A stretch of 64,000 nt of DNA from Chrysomallon squamiferum (Eukaryota > Animalia > Mollusca), in NCBI GenBank assembly GCA_012295275.1, contig CM022671.1, positions 23,684,001 through 23,748,000 on the forward strand. The letters run 5' to 3'. The notes beneath the pieces are model-generated. The model did not search any database and was not told the DNA's origin. It saw only the letters and a program-made list of their open reading frames with translations. Positions 1 to 12,416 of the stretch are shown in pieces. The position numbers and the translations under genes were made by a program. Each line of letters starts with the position of its first letter. Position 1 is the stretch's first letter.

Positions 1-1457
1 AGTTTACTATATTTTTAAAATAAAAACATGTACAACGTACAATAAACACAATAATAATTGATCATCATCAATATCAATTTTAATTAGGTTGTATTTATCT
101 ATTTTTTAAAATTTATTTATTATTTGTTTTGTTGTTACTATTATATCATAATTACTATTATTATTATTATTATTATTATTATCATCATCATCATCATCAT
201 ATCATTAGGATCATTATTAACATTTTTGATTAGGTTATTTTATTTATTAATTTTATTAATTTATTATTTGTTTTGTTCTTATAATCATCATCATCATTTT
301 TAATTAGGTTATTACTTTTTTTAAAAATTTTATTTGCATTTTTATTATCATTGTTGTTGTTGTACTAGCTCTTGTATCTCAATAATAATACCCGTAATCA
401 TCCTAATAATTATTATCATTATCATTATCATTATCATTTTTAATTACGTTATTTGCTTATTTATATAGTTATTTACTTGCTTACTTAGTTGCTAATTTAT
501 TTATTTGTTTGTTGTTTTACACAATCATTATTAAGAAAAACATTTTTTTATGTTCGACATCTGATAATAAAATATATCAAGATATGATGACTTTAAAACA
601 CCTAACAGAACTGTTCCCAGACGAGAGGAGTGTGGCATATTTTAACAAATCCGCAAACGGATAATTTTAGCGGACACATAGAGTCACCTCCCTTTCCTTA
701 AATCCTGGTTGCGGCAGTACTCGTACCACAGAACTGACACGTCATTCTGTCTTTAAAAAATCTTTACAGATCAAATTACTGATGGTATCTTTTGTATTTC
801 ATCTCTTATCTTACGGAGAGCAAACTGATAACACTAAGTTCTTGTCATCTGTGAATACCTGTACGTCGAGTACCTGCTGGTGAATCAACCAATCAGAGGC
901 AAGCATTGCGGGAAACCTGGATCTGATTGGATTAGATTACTGAATGAAAATAATTTTTCCTTGAGAACAGGTTTTTGCTGTTTATTTATTTTTAAAAATA
1001 CTGATTTAAATTTGTTGTGTCTTTTAATATAAATAAATAAAATAAAATGATATAATAAAAAAAAAAAAAAATGACGAAAAGCAACAACAACAACAAAACC
1101 GATAAAAATTAAAAAAAAATTAAAGAAAAATTAAAGAAATAAAGCAAACAAATAAATAAAGAAAGAAAGAAAAGAAAAGAAAAGAAAATTTAAAAAGATA
1201 AAAAAAAAAAAAAAAAAATTAAAAAATAAAGGATAAGGAAACAAATTTATCAAAATGTTCCAGGATAAATATTTCAATTAACTATAAAATTACGAATTTT
1301 CTTATAACTTTAAAAACGAAAAACAAAAAACTCAATAGCTTTTCTATACCGACCACCCACCATTGCCTGTCATGTTTATTCAATTAAACACAATCATGTT
1401 TAAATCGTGTAGGTAAGCCCACATGTCCAGGATATCTTCACGATGTAAAGATCCATC

Positions 1458-1567
1458 TATAAATACAGAAATATCCAACTCTAGGTTTTAAATCTTCTGA
1501 TTTTCTCATAATCCAGGGGGAGGGAAAAATGTACAGAATGACTATTGCACTTCTGATGATGGTAAGT
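1458..1567 (+). promoter_or_regulatory. Orphan or alternative first-exon cassette: TATA box plus short coding exon MYRMTIALLMM with a phase-0 donor
   Basis: TATAAATA at 1458-1465. ATG at 1529, 11 mostly hydrophobic codons to 1561, then a perfect donor G|GTAAGT. The layout matches the first exons of the IL-17-like genes. The partner acceptor is not determined. Confidence 0.5.
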
Positions 1568-1647
1568 AATGTTGCTTTTTTGAAAAATATTTTTTATTTT
1601 ATTTCATTTTATTTTATTTTATTTTATTTTATTTATTTATTTATATT

Positions 1648-1684
<37 letters not shown>

Positions 1685-2122
1685 AATATGAGAAATTTTA
1701 AAAAAATGTTCGGGTATTTAAAAAAAAAACTATTAGAAGTCTGGTTATTGTATATAAAAAAAAAAATGTAATTATTACACTGTTATTAGCATGGTTTTTT
1801 TTGTTGTTTTTTTGTTTGTTTGTTTGTTTTTTTATTGTATTTTGTTTTTGGTTTCCTTTATTCTTTTGTTTTTATTTCATTTTTGAAAGCTTGTATTTTC
1901 TTTGGTGCTTCTTATTAGTAATTCATTAATGTATTTCCCTCCTGACGTCTTTTTATTATTATTATTATTATTCTTGAAATGTATTTTCATCTGCAACTGG
2001 ACCAACCATTTCCTAAGACCGTGAAGAATTGTAATTTACAACGCACACGGAATGAAATTTATGAAACAACTGCAGATTAATTATATTTGTTTCGCCTTCC
2101 CTGTAATGCCCACTGTCCGCAA

Positions 2123-2270
2123 GTATAATTCCCAGTTCGTATAATTCCCTGTTCGTATAATTCCCAAATAATTCCCTGTCTGTATAATTCCAAGTTTATT
2201 ATAATTTATTGTTCGTATAATCCCAGTTCGTATAATTCCCTGTTTGTATAATTCCCAGTTATTAAAATTC
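2123..2270. repeat. Minisatellite, ~16-bp unit GTATAATTCCC(A/T)GTTC, ~9 imperfect copies
   Basis: Directly visible tandem repetition of TATAATTCCC. Confidence 0.85.
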
Positions 2271-4176
2271 GTCTATCAACATTATTATTATTATTTTAAT
2301 ATTATTTCTATTTCTTTAAACATTTGTTTTATTATTGTTAAATTAAACGAAAATTCTTAAACATTTTTACGTATTATTATTATTATTATTATTAAAAAAA
2401 AAAAAAAATTTCTAATAAAATAAACAATTCAAAAGCGGCATGATGTGTTTTTTGTTAATTCTCATGGCTTGCTTCTGTAAAAAAAAAACGAAAAAAATAT
2501 TATAAATAAATAATTTTATTCAGCAATATAATTTTAAAAAAACATATTTTACATAAGAGTAATTCACTTATAGTAAATACGAGTAAATAGAACATGTGAA
2601 CGTTACATTTTGTCATTAACTGTTCGAATTAAACCATATTCAGCTTAAACATGTTCAAGATATATGTTTCTTAGCATATTTACGTTGTGCACATATTATG
2701 CAATATATGTGTCGTAGTATATTAATAGTATGTACACTAAAGATATTATGACCTGCAAATACTTTGGCTGTGAATAAACAAGTTTATACGAAGGACCAAA
2801 TCATTGGGAATACTTTTAGATGAATACCTTCTTTTTTAATTATTTACATTCACTACATTCGATACGTAGATTATTTCGATATTTGTCATATTTGCATACT
2901 TTATGCGATAAGCAATATCCATACTACAATAATACCTCAGATTAAAGATGTAATTGGTTCCAAATTTCCGATTGTTAAATGAGGTAAACGGGAGACTAAC
3001 TTACATAGTATTAAGGTTAAAAGCAGTGGTTAATTTCTCGCTGATGAAATTTGACAAAAAAACAAACAAACATAAAGGTGAAATAAGGAGAAATAAAACA
3101 GCAGTTTAGACATAACTGATTTAATAGATTATAGATATTAAGTAAACAGTAAATATTTACAAATCAGTTTATACAAATACATTAAGAAATAATTATATGC
3201 CGCTCATTGTGGGTTCATTTTTGTGGGTTTTGGTTTCATTTAAGATAATGTATTTTGTTTTTAAAGATATTATCTTCTGTTTCTTTTTATCATCAGCATT
3301 TGCCGGTATACTGTTATTCGTTTTGAGATTTTGGAACAGTAAATTACAAACGAGTTTAAGTCTAAATCGAAGGAGAAAAGAAAAGAGAATCAGAATATCA
3401 GATGCACGTATGACGTGTCAACTGATCAACACAGCTGAGAGAAGCTCGTGAATGAACGAAAAACGAACGAAAAACATGCATTGTATCCATTTGTATAATT
3501 TATTTCGAGCAATTAACTATTAAATTTCTATTTATATAATTTGTAAAGAAAAAAAGATTGTTAAAGCGGGATATCGTTAAGCGAGATATTACTGTATTTA
3601 TACAATAATAATAGCTTTCCAAATAATCTGGAAGAGTTCATTATAATGACTGAGGTAAAGACATGCATGAACCACATTTAGCCTTTCGACGAAATGCAAA
3701 TTCTACCAGATGGGAGAGTAAGCCATTAATTAAGATTGAACAGAAAAACAAACAAACAACAACAAAAATAAATAAGTAAATAAATAAATTAATTAATTAA
3801 TTAATAATTTTGAACCAAACGAAATATGTATTTAGATCGTTTCTCCACCAAACGTACGCTTAAAAAATGTCATTAAATAAAACAAATCTTATTCCCTGAT
3901 ACTACGATCAGACTCCGAACATTTTATTTTATTTTATTTTACTTTATTTTTCCTCACAGATGAGTGTACTGTATTAGAGATAAAAGTTCCTGTTCTGTCT
4001 GTGTAATGATTGGTTCTGATAAACCCATTCATGCAGACAACACGCACTGACTGACACGGATCAGAAAAACCATTTATGATAGCCGTGCTTTACATGAAAT
4101 GTTACCTGATTATGCATGTTTATGTATGTATATGTATGTGTGTGTGTGTATTTTTGTATGTATATATATATATATA

Positions 4177-4521
4177 TAGTGTACCTTGATTTACGAGTTT
4201 AATTCGTTACGTGACCGAGCTCGTAACTCAAAAGAGCTCGTATATCAAATTAATTTTCCCAACTGAAATTAATTGAAATACCATTAATCCGTTCCAGCCC
4301 CCCCACCAAGAAAAAAACACCCCAGTTTTTGCAACGTGTTTTAAAATAAGAAAAATGTATATATAAATAACAGATGTTGTATAAAAACAAAATAAAGAGA
4401 ATGTAAAGAAATAAATTGGTTTTGTAAAGTGTATTTATCTTAGATATCAGACAAATTACACCTGAAGCTAGCTCGTAACTGGGATTTTGGCTCGCAACTC
4501 AAAGCAAACCTCTAAGTCGAC
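4177..4521. mobile_element. Non-autonomous Tc1/mariner-superfamily (pogo/Tigger-like) element, copy 1
   Basis: About 260 bp is closely similar to 38838-39125 (GTACCT..TTACGAGTTTAATTCGTTAC..GACCGAGCTCGTAA..CCATTAATCCGTTCCAG). It is flanked by TA runs. The right end ...CTAAGTCGA is a partial inverted copy of the TCGACTTA terminal motif seen in copy 2. Confidence 0.75.
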
Positions 4522-4754
4522 ATATATATAGTTATACGTATTTCCTATATGTATGTATATATATAATCATTGGATAGAAATTTATAGGGGCAATTGCCTA
4601 TCCAGTGATTTTATATATAAAAGATGGGTACCAAAACTTAAAATTTATCTGGTTATAGATGACTTACATCTACGAGACATACACAAACAAACACAAATAC
4701 ACACTCCATGCTACTGAAATTTATATGTGTATACATGAAGACAGTAACATGAAA

Positions 4755-5175
4755 AGTACAAATACCATTTCTAATACGCCGCTCAGGATTAGAAAATACC
4801 ATCATAATGCATCTTTTTCACCTAGTAGACAATAGAAAATAGCATCCTATTTTGTCACTAACAGACAGGGAACCTTGAAAATACTATTCCGACATTGTCT
4901 TAGTACTCCCTGTAGACTAGAAATTTGGTCATAATATTTCATTAACACACTGTAGACTAGAAAATATCGTTCTACAGTTACACCAATGGACATGCAGACT
5001 ACAGATAGCATCCTAATATTTCACTAGTAAACACAAAGACTAGAAAATACCATTCTCATATTTCATTATTATGCATGTCGGTCAGAAGACAATATTACAA
5101 CGGTAGGTAGGCAGACCATCATAATATTACATTAGAACCATTATGTAGATTTAAAATACCATCCTGATATTTCAT
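4755..5175. repeat. Degenerate minisatellite, ~40-45-bp unit (GACTAGAAAATACCATCCTAATATTTCACTA-like), ~10 copies
   Basis: TAGAAAATA(C/G)CAT...ATATTTCA(C/T)TA recurs at roughly regular spacing. Confidence 0.7.
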
Positions 5176-5259
5176 TTTTAATTAGTTTCTCCTTCCTTCA
5201 GTTCTTCTCTTTTTTTTCTTTTTTTTTTTTTTTTTGTAACACTTATTTCGGGTTGTATC

Positions 5260-5490
5260 GAGTTTCAGGTTCCTAGTAAAATAACGTCGCGTTGTCAACT
5301 TCGACGAGAAACTGTGTCAGCTCTGTAACTAGGCGTAAAGATGTCGGTGATGATATATCAGAAGAATCACGGGGTATCAGGTGCATATGCTATAAAATAC
5401 CAGTTCGCTTCCTTATTGTACGTAAAACACTCTAAGGTATGCAACAACGAGTAATATCTATATAGAGAGAGGAGTTACGAATCACTGTAA
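5260..5490 (+). pseudogene. Possible highly decayed IL-17-like exon-2 remnant
   Basis: Fragments in different frames follow paralog order: VPSK at 5269 (cf. SDVPSRY), RRVVNFDEK at 5285-5311 (cf. HVLNFDDN/RVINYDVN), IRCIC (cf. ARCSC), and CNNE*YLYRERSYESL at 5440-5487 (cf. CHNETYVYRTSWEPL). It contains many stops and indels. Confidence 0.4.
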
Positions 5491-6066
5491 TCACAGATGG
5501 GAAATAGAAGTAACAGACAAGATTCATGCGTAAAAAATGTCATATACATATATCAACATTGGTATTATATAATACAAACACGCCAAAAAAAAAAAAAAAA
5601 AAGTAAGATATGAATGCGCCTTTATGTCTGAGCATTACCGTAAATACACTTCCGTGAGCGGCTTAGAATGACAAACTGTATTATATAGGCTAGTACTGCA
5701 AAGGCTTGAAGGAAGTTCTAGTTTGATTATGTTTACGACAGTAAATCATTTTGATGTAGTGTGGAATTGCAGCACAGATAATGAACATTTCTTCAGCCCG
5801 TAATAAAATGTTGATAAAATCTACTTTACCGGTAAGAACACGATTACTGTTTTCATTCATAAAATGTGTCTATTTGCAATAACCGTATTATATTCAGTAT
5901 ATGTATCTGATGCAGTCGCCAAACAAACTAACATAAACAGCAGTGGTGATTACGGTTTTAACAACTGATTTGACAGCTACAAAGTATTTCACAGGTGAAC
6001 TGTTTTTGGCGTGAAGTGTATATTGTGTTTTTGTTAACACTGTTGCAGACTGGCTTTTTTCTGTTG

Positions 6067-6133
<67 letters not shown>

Positions 6134-6704
6134 ACATACACAAACACATAAATAATAAAGATATATTTGTATATCTGTATATTTAAATGTGGTATTAGTC
6201 CACCTTAATAAAACGAAACGCAGCAAAAATATCATTCAAATTCTTTCTATAATAATTTCAGCACTAATGAAAACACCACAAAGGAAATAGAAACGAAATA
6301 TTGGCCACAAGAGCTGAGAAGCGGCGGAATTCTAATGTCTCTCTTTTTTGTTTCCTTCTTTTGTATTTCCTTGCTTTTGTATTCTTTGCTTTTTATTTCT
6401 TTGCTTTACACACTGCCTTGCATAAGCTAGGTGTTTTCTTCGCGGTCGTTTGCCCATTAAGAGCCATTTTTAGTAACCCGGTTCGAATCAAAAGTCGCTG
6501 CAAACAATGTCCATTTCCACAGACGAGGGTGTCGCGTGATTCAGACTGGCCAATCGGCTAAGCGCTTTTCGACTTTATAGTCTGCTGTAGTAGGAAGAGG
6601 TAATTTAGACCAGTTTCGTATACGACACCTGGCTTCACTTTTTCACAACATTTTGCAGTGCCCACGAACGAATAAAACAAAACAAGAATGGGTAGAGCTA
6701 GCAA

Positions 6705-7610
6705 ATGCTGGTTAAGGTATTTCATTTATGGAAGGTTAATTTGTGATAACGATTTTTAAGATGACTTGTGAATATTGCTGTTTATATGTTATTGTTATTA
6801 TTATTGTTGTTGTTGTTGTTGTTGTTTGTTGTTGTTGTTGCTGTTATTATTATTATTATTGTTATTGTTATTACCACTACTAGTACTATTACTACTACTA
6901 CTACTGCTACTACTATTACTACTATTATTATTATTACCACTACTACTGCTACTACTACGACGTATATGCCATCTAGTATTTTTCATATTAGAATTTTTTT
7001 TTATTATTATTATTTTTATTCTTATTTCTGTTTCTTTTACCAAAAACAGATCTTCATCACCATGGCCGTTCTCTCACACCATTCGGGCGTTTCCGGAAGA
7101 CCTCGTAAGAAACGCATCATGACGACGTGCCGGGAACCGAATCTCGACGGACTGGACGAACCGCTGCTTCCCATTCCGCACGACAGTTTCTCGCTGATGC
7201 AGCCGTTCGTGGATTCCGTGGTGACGTTGTCGGACGTGCCGTCCAGGTACGTCAACGTTCTCATAAAAAACCTGGACGACACGCGGAACTGCTCGGTTCT
7301 GAAGCGGCGCGCGAGGCAGCACGCCGGGTCGATGTGTCCCACGTACCACGTGCTCAACTTCGACGACAACCGAAGACCGAAGTCTCTCATCGAAGCGAGG
7401 TGCAGCTGCAGGAACTGCGCAGACCCCAATGCGCCCGGGGGACTGTTCACCTTGTTGTCATGTCAACCAATAATATACCACACACGAGTGTTGCGCAGGT
7501 TCGGCTGCCACAACGAAACCTACGTTTACCGAACGTCGTGGGAACCGCTTCAAGTAGGTTGCACGTGCAACTTCCCGCAGTCTCGACGAAGTTATCACAG
7601 TAAAATGTAG
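6705..7610 (+). CDS. IL17: Interleukin-17-like cytokine, copy A (exons 6705-6716 and 7050-7610; ~190 aa)
   Basis: Exon 2 has the IL-17 cystine-knot pattern: CPTYHVLNFDDNRRPKSLIEARCSC..C...CQPIIYHTRVLRR..C...WEPLQVGCTC. Acceptor AAACAG|ATC. Exon 1 ATG CTG GTT AAG|GTATTT gives the leader MLVKIFITMAVLSHHSGVSG. CCAAT at 6550 and TATA-like TTTATAG at 6574. The first-exon choice is less certain than exon 2. Confidence 0.9.
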
Positions 7611-7857
7611 CCAGAGTGTTGAATATCCGCGTGTGTATGTATGTATATGATTATAGATGTGTGTGTGATATGTGTGATGTGTAAATACGTACCTCGTGCT
7701 GCCATCACTTGATATTGATACCAGTTGGGTTTTTTTCTAAGTTTTTAACTTTTAAAAAAAAAGAAAATGTTTTGGTCTGTTGTTGTATTTTGTTGTTTCT
7801 GTTGTTATTCTCCACAGCAATAATTTTGTCTTATAGAATACTACCTTTGTTTTAGTA

Positions 7858-7941
<84 letters not shown>

Positions 7942-8292
7942 TTATTATTTATTTATTTAGTTAGTTAGTTTCAGTATTGCAAGAAATGGTTTATATAAAT
8001 GGCTCCTATCAAAGAAAATTTACATCTTCGTTATGTAGAAGATGATCCATCTTAAAATATAACGTCATTGTTTCGGTTTAAAAATATATTAATAATATTC
8101 TTCACCATTTTAACGTAAATCATTTATGATCCGCTTTTATATATAAACAAATTCTTTTACTTCAGCGAAAAAACCAAATTCCTATTCTTCTGTTATCCGC
8201 TGCATATTTATTTTTGTTTAGGACCCAGTTCTATGCAGCATGTCAAAACCTGGGATATTTTGACATGTTTAGACTTTTAATATTGTGCTTTC

Positions 8293-8412
<120 letters not shown>

Positions 8413-9200
8413 CTCTCGGTCTCTTAATTTCTTTATTTCTTTGAATTAATAGTTTATATTATATCTGTTGATTCAAACAGTCTGTCAGAAACAGATTATT
8501 TCTTACATTACTGTACTGTATCACCTCACAACACCAGTTGTATTTCATATATGTCACACAGTGGTTTTGTTTTAAAAATATTATTTGATGACGATTTACT
8601 TTTTACTTTATTAAACTTATGTTTACGACGTAAAGTTTTTTGTGTATTTTTTATTAATAATTGACAATTCGCTCAAAACAGGATCAAATGTATGGATAAC
8701 TGCAAAAAAACAAAACCTATTATTTTCTTCTGTGGTCAGAGGTAACTAATGTATATGCATACATTCATAGATACATACATGCATACATACATACGAAAAT
8801 ACACACATACCTACATACATACATACATGCACTTTCTAACACTACCACCATTGACAACAACAATGACATCACTGTCACTGTCGAAACGATAATGTTTTCG
8901 TAGTTTCTAAAAGACAGGTATGTAGTGTAGTACAAATTATACTAAAAATAAAAAATAAAAAACGTGGATTACAGGTAGGAAGTAGATAATCCAACACAAA
9001 TAGATATAGGATAGTCCTAACCTTTGATTGGTCAACATGCAATTTACATCCTTTAATTTTGTAGCCAATCAGTTCAGTTATATCCTGGTCCATTTGAATT
9101 TCGAAAAAAGAAAAACATATTAAATAACCGAAATATAATTCTGTTTTTCCTTATTTTAAAAAAAAAATTATTATAAGTTTTTTTATTATTATTTTTTTTT

Positions 9201-9363
9201 ATATATATAAAATAATGAAAAATATATATTTAAGAAAATTATATGGAAAATAAATAATTAATAAAAAAAAGTAGTTATGAAATATATATAAAATAATGAA
9301 AAATATATATTTAAGAAAATTATATGGAAAATAAATAATTAATAAAAAAAAAGTAGTTATGAA
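9201..9363. repeat. Near-perfect tandem duplication of an ~81-bp AT-rich unit
   Basis: ATATATATAAAATAATGAAAAATATATATTTAAGAAAATTATATGGAAAA...GTAGTTATGAA occurs twice back to back. Confidence 0.85.
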
Positions 9364-9769
9364 AATACAAAATCAGAGAAGCACACACGAAATCCGAAAG
9401 ATTTAATCATTATAATGACGAATTGGTTTTCATTATAAATGCAAAAAAAGAGAAAATATTGGCATGTTAGGCGCACCAACTTGAAGATCCGTGTACAGAA
9501 GAAAAGAAAACATTTTTTTTCTTCTTTTTTTAACACTAAGATCCGTGAATGGGAGATATTTCACGTTCAAGTCAGTGCGAATAAAGCAGGTGTATAAAAG
9601 GCGCTTTTACCTTTTACAATACTCCTATCAATATAAAGGAAATCGCATACAAAGGGCTTGTAAACAACCAAACATAAACAAGTGTTTAGATATGAGTAAA
9701 GTGTTTTACATTTATATTAAAATGCAACGATTGTTTTTCAATCGCTGTTTTCAGAGGATAAAATGTGTG

Positions 9770-9771
<2 letters not shown>

Positions 9772-9866
<95 letters not shown>

Positions 9867-10078
9867 AGTAATCAATAATAATGAGAAATCATGTTGTTGT
9901 AATTCTTAATTGTTAATAGAAAGCAGAGAAAGTAAAGCTTTTTTGTTTTCATTTCATTTGTGAAAAGTTAATAATGTTACCAACAGAATAAGCGAAAGAG
10001 GGAGAGAGAGGGGTGAGAGAGAGAGCGAGAGAGAGAGTTAGAGAGAGCGAAAGAGAGACAGTGAGAGAGAGCGAGACA

Positions 10079-10115
<37 letters not shown>

Positions 10116-10277
10116 AGAGCGAGAGAATGAAAGAGAGAGTGAGAGAACGAGATATTGCGAGAGAGAGAGAGATAGATCGAGAATTAGAGCGAAAGAGAGA
10201 GAGCGAGAGATAGAGAGAGAGCGAGAGAATGAAAGAGAGAGTGAGAGAAAGAGAGACAGCGAGAGAGAGAGAGACAG

Positions 10278-10316
<39 letters not shown>

Positions 10317-10790
10317 GAGAGAGAGCGAAAGAAAGAGTGAGAGAGAGTGAGAGAATGAAAGAGAGTGAGAGAATGAAAGAGAGAATGAGAGCGAAAGAGA
10401 GAGAGAGACAGACAGAGAGAGACTAATAATCAATAATAATAAGAAATCAAGTTGTTGTAATTCTTAACTGTTAATAGAAAGTATAGAAAGTTAAGCTTTT
10501 TTCTTTTCATTTTATTTATGAAAAGTTAATAATACTACCAACAGAGAGAGCGAAAGAGGGAGAGAGAGGGGTGAGAGAGCGAGAGAGAGAGTTAGAGAGA
10601 ACGAAAGAGAGACAGTGAGAGAGAGCGAGACAGAGAGTGAGAGAGAGCGAGCGAGAGAGGGAGAGAGAGACTAGTAATCAACAATAATAAGAAATCAAGT
10701 TGTTGTAATTCTTAATTGTTACTAGAAAGTATAGAAAGTTAAGCTTTTTTCTTTTCATTTCATTTGTGAAAAGTTAATAATACTACCAAT
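9772..10790. repeat. Compound tandem repeat: three copies of a ~125-bp unit separated by (GA)n-rich tracts
   Basis: The unit GACTA(G/A)TAATCAA...GTTGTTGTAATTCTTAA...GAAAAGTTAATAAT..TACCAA occurs at ~9863-9985, ~10421-10542 and ~10669-10790. Confidence 0.85.
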
Positions 10791-11816
10791 ACTGTATTTT
10801 ATTATTATATGGCGTGTTCCATATGTAGTGGTAGGAGTAGTATGCATAATACTTGTTGCAGTGGTGATAGTAATAGTAGTAGTAGTGGTTGTAGTATCAG
10901 TGGTGGTAGTGGTAGGATCATCATCATCGTCATCATCATCATCATCATCATTATTATTATTATTACGATGATAGATGGTGATTTACCGCATAAGAACAGA
11001 GAACGCATGCATACTGACATCATACACAACGATGCAACAGCTTTTCTCTTACCAACATACACGCAAATACATACGTACATACACACATACAAACAAGCAC
11101 ACACACAGACACATACATACTTACATACACAGACATGCAAACACACATACAAACACACATAGACATACACACACGCATATACACACATACAAACACACAT
11201 ACATGTACATACACACATTAATATATGTACACACACATACACAAACACACAGTTTTGGTAGTGTATTAGTAATAATATTAATAGTAATATATTAATGTAG
11301 ATGTAATCCTAGCAGTACTATTAGATAAAATAGGAGTAATATTGGTTGTTAAATTATAGTAGCAGCTGTGATGTTAGTAGTGACAGATTTGTAGTTACTG
11401 TAGTAGTAGTACAAGTAGCAGAAGCAAAGTTAGTATTAGTAGTAGAAGTAGTGGTAGTAGTAGTAACATCGTCAGCAGTAGCAGAAGAAGTAGTAATAAT
11501 CGAAATATGATGTAAATTATTTGTGATAATTCTTAAATTAAATATGAAGATTTGTTAAAAGTGGAATATTAAAATAATATTAAAAGTGAAATACTAAAAT
11601 ACTGTTAAAAGTGAAATATAAACGCATTGTCAATAAAACAATATTAAATGAAAACTCATTTAGGTTTAAAACGCATTTTATTTCTAGGTTTTTAATTGTT
11701 TATCTCTAATTACTTTTGTTCCCCCTCTGTTACAAAATAACAAACTAAAATTAGACTTGAGTAACTATTTGGGCATTTCACTAAAATTAAAAAACCCCTT
11801 CTTAGTCCAGAGATTG

Positions 11817-11947
11817 CCGGATATGACGTTGCTGTCTGAACCCTTTAAATAGTGAAACCATAACATTTTCTTGCAGAAAAGTTGGCTTTCACCAGAGCTG
11901 TAACATTTAACACGAAGCCTACTGGGGTATTTTTCATGATGGTGAGT
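11817..11947 (+). promoter_or_regulatory. Candidate alternative promoter and micro first exon (ATG ATG|GTGAGT) upstream of IL-17-like copy B
   Basis: CCGGAT (ETS-like) and TGACGT (CRE half-site, 11824), then TTTAAATA at 11844 and ATGATG at 11936-11941 followed by the consensus donor GTGAGT. It is phase 0 and compatible with the 13331 acceptor. Confidence 0.45.
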
Positions 11948-12113
11948 ACACACTTGATGTATATTTACATCTGAATTTTTTTTTCTTAATTAAATTTTTT
12001 TTCTTTTTTTTTTTCCATTAATATTGTTCATGCTCTTTTCATTTTCAGTTTTTATGACGTATTCTAAATACAACTAGATCAGTGATAACAATAATAATAA
12101 TAATAATTGAGGT

Positions 12114-12184
<71 letters not shown>

Positions 12185-12244
12185 GTCAGTCGATGCTGTG
12201 GATATTTTATTGATGACTGGCTACACCAAAACATCAGCAACGAA

Positions 12245-12330
12245 TGACGTCAACTGTTTGTAGGGGGAAAACCCTGTAGGTTTATGGGCATGGCGGAAGT
12301 GACAACGTCAAAATTTAAACCGTTTAAAAA
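12245..12330 (+). promoter_or_regulatory. Promoter module of IL-17-like copy B: CRE, kB site, ETS site, CRE half-site, TATA-like box
   Basis: TGACGTCA 12245-12252, GGGGAAAACCC 12264-12274, GCGGAAGT 12293-12300, ACGTCA 12305-12310, TTTAAAAA 12323. The spacing is identical to the copy C promoter. Confidence 0.75.
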
Positions 12331-12416
12331 CGAAAACATCACCATTGTCATTGGATGATGAGTATAGGGCACTTCCTTCACGAAAAATACTCTTAATTTT
12401 AGTCTGTTTTGAAGAG

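Noticed and set aside
6768-7049. N-terminal 94 aa of the 280-aa ORF (poly-L/V/I/T), resembling a membrane or mucin stalk on IL-17
   Set aside because: It is translated (TTG/TTA/CTA)n microsatellite within the intron. The ORF starts at GTG, and a good acceptor lies at 7049.
7037-7603. Long alternative-frame and antisense ORFs over the IL-17 and FMO exons (also at 13543-13912, 19372-19833, 48033-48588)
   Set aside because: These are expected shadows of GC3-rich coding exons, with no recognisable motifs or independent splice signals.
10013-11295. ORFs rich in ER/SL/CV/HT/YI dipeptide repeats here and throughout the window
   Set aside because: They are translations of (GA)n, (CA)n, (TA)n, (TATG)n and (TTA)n microsatellites.
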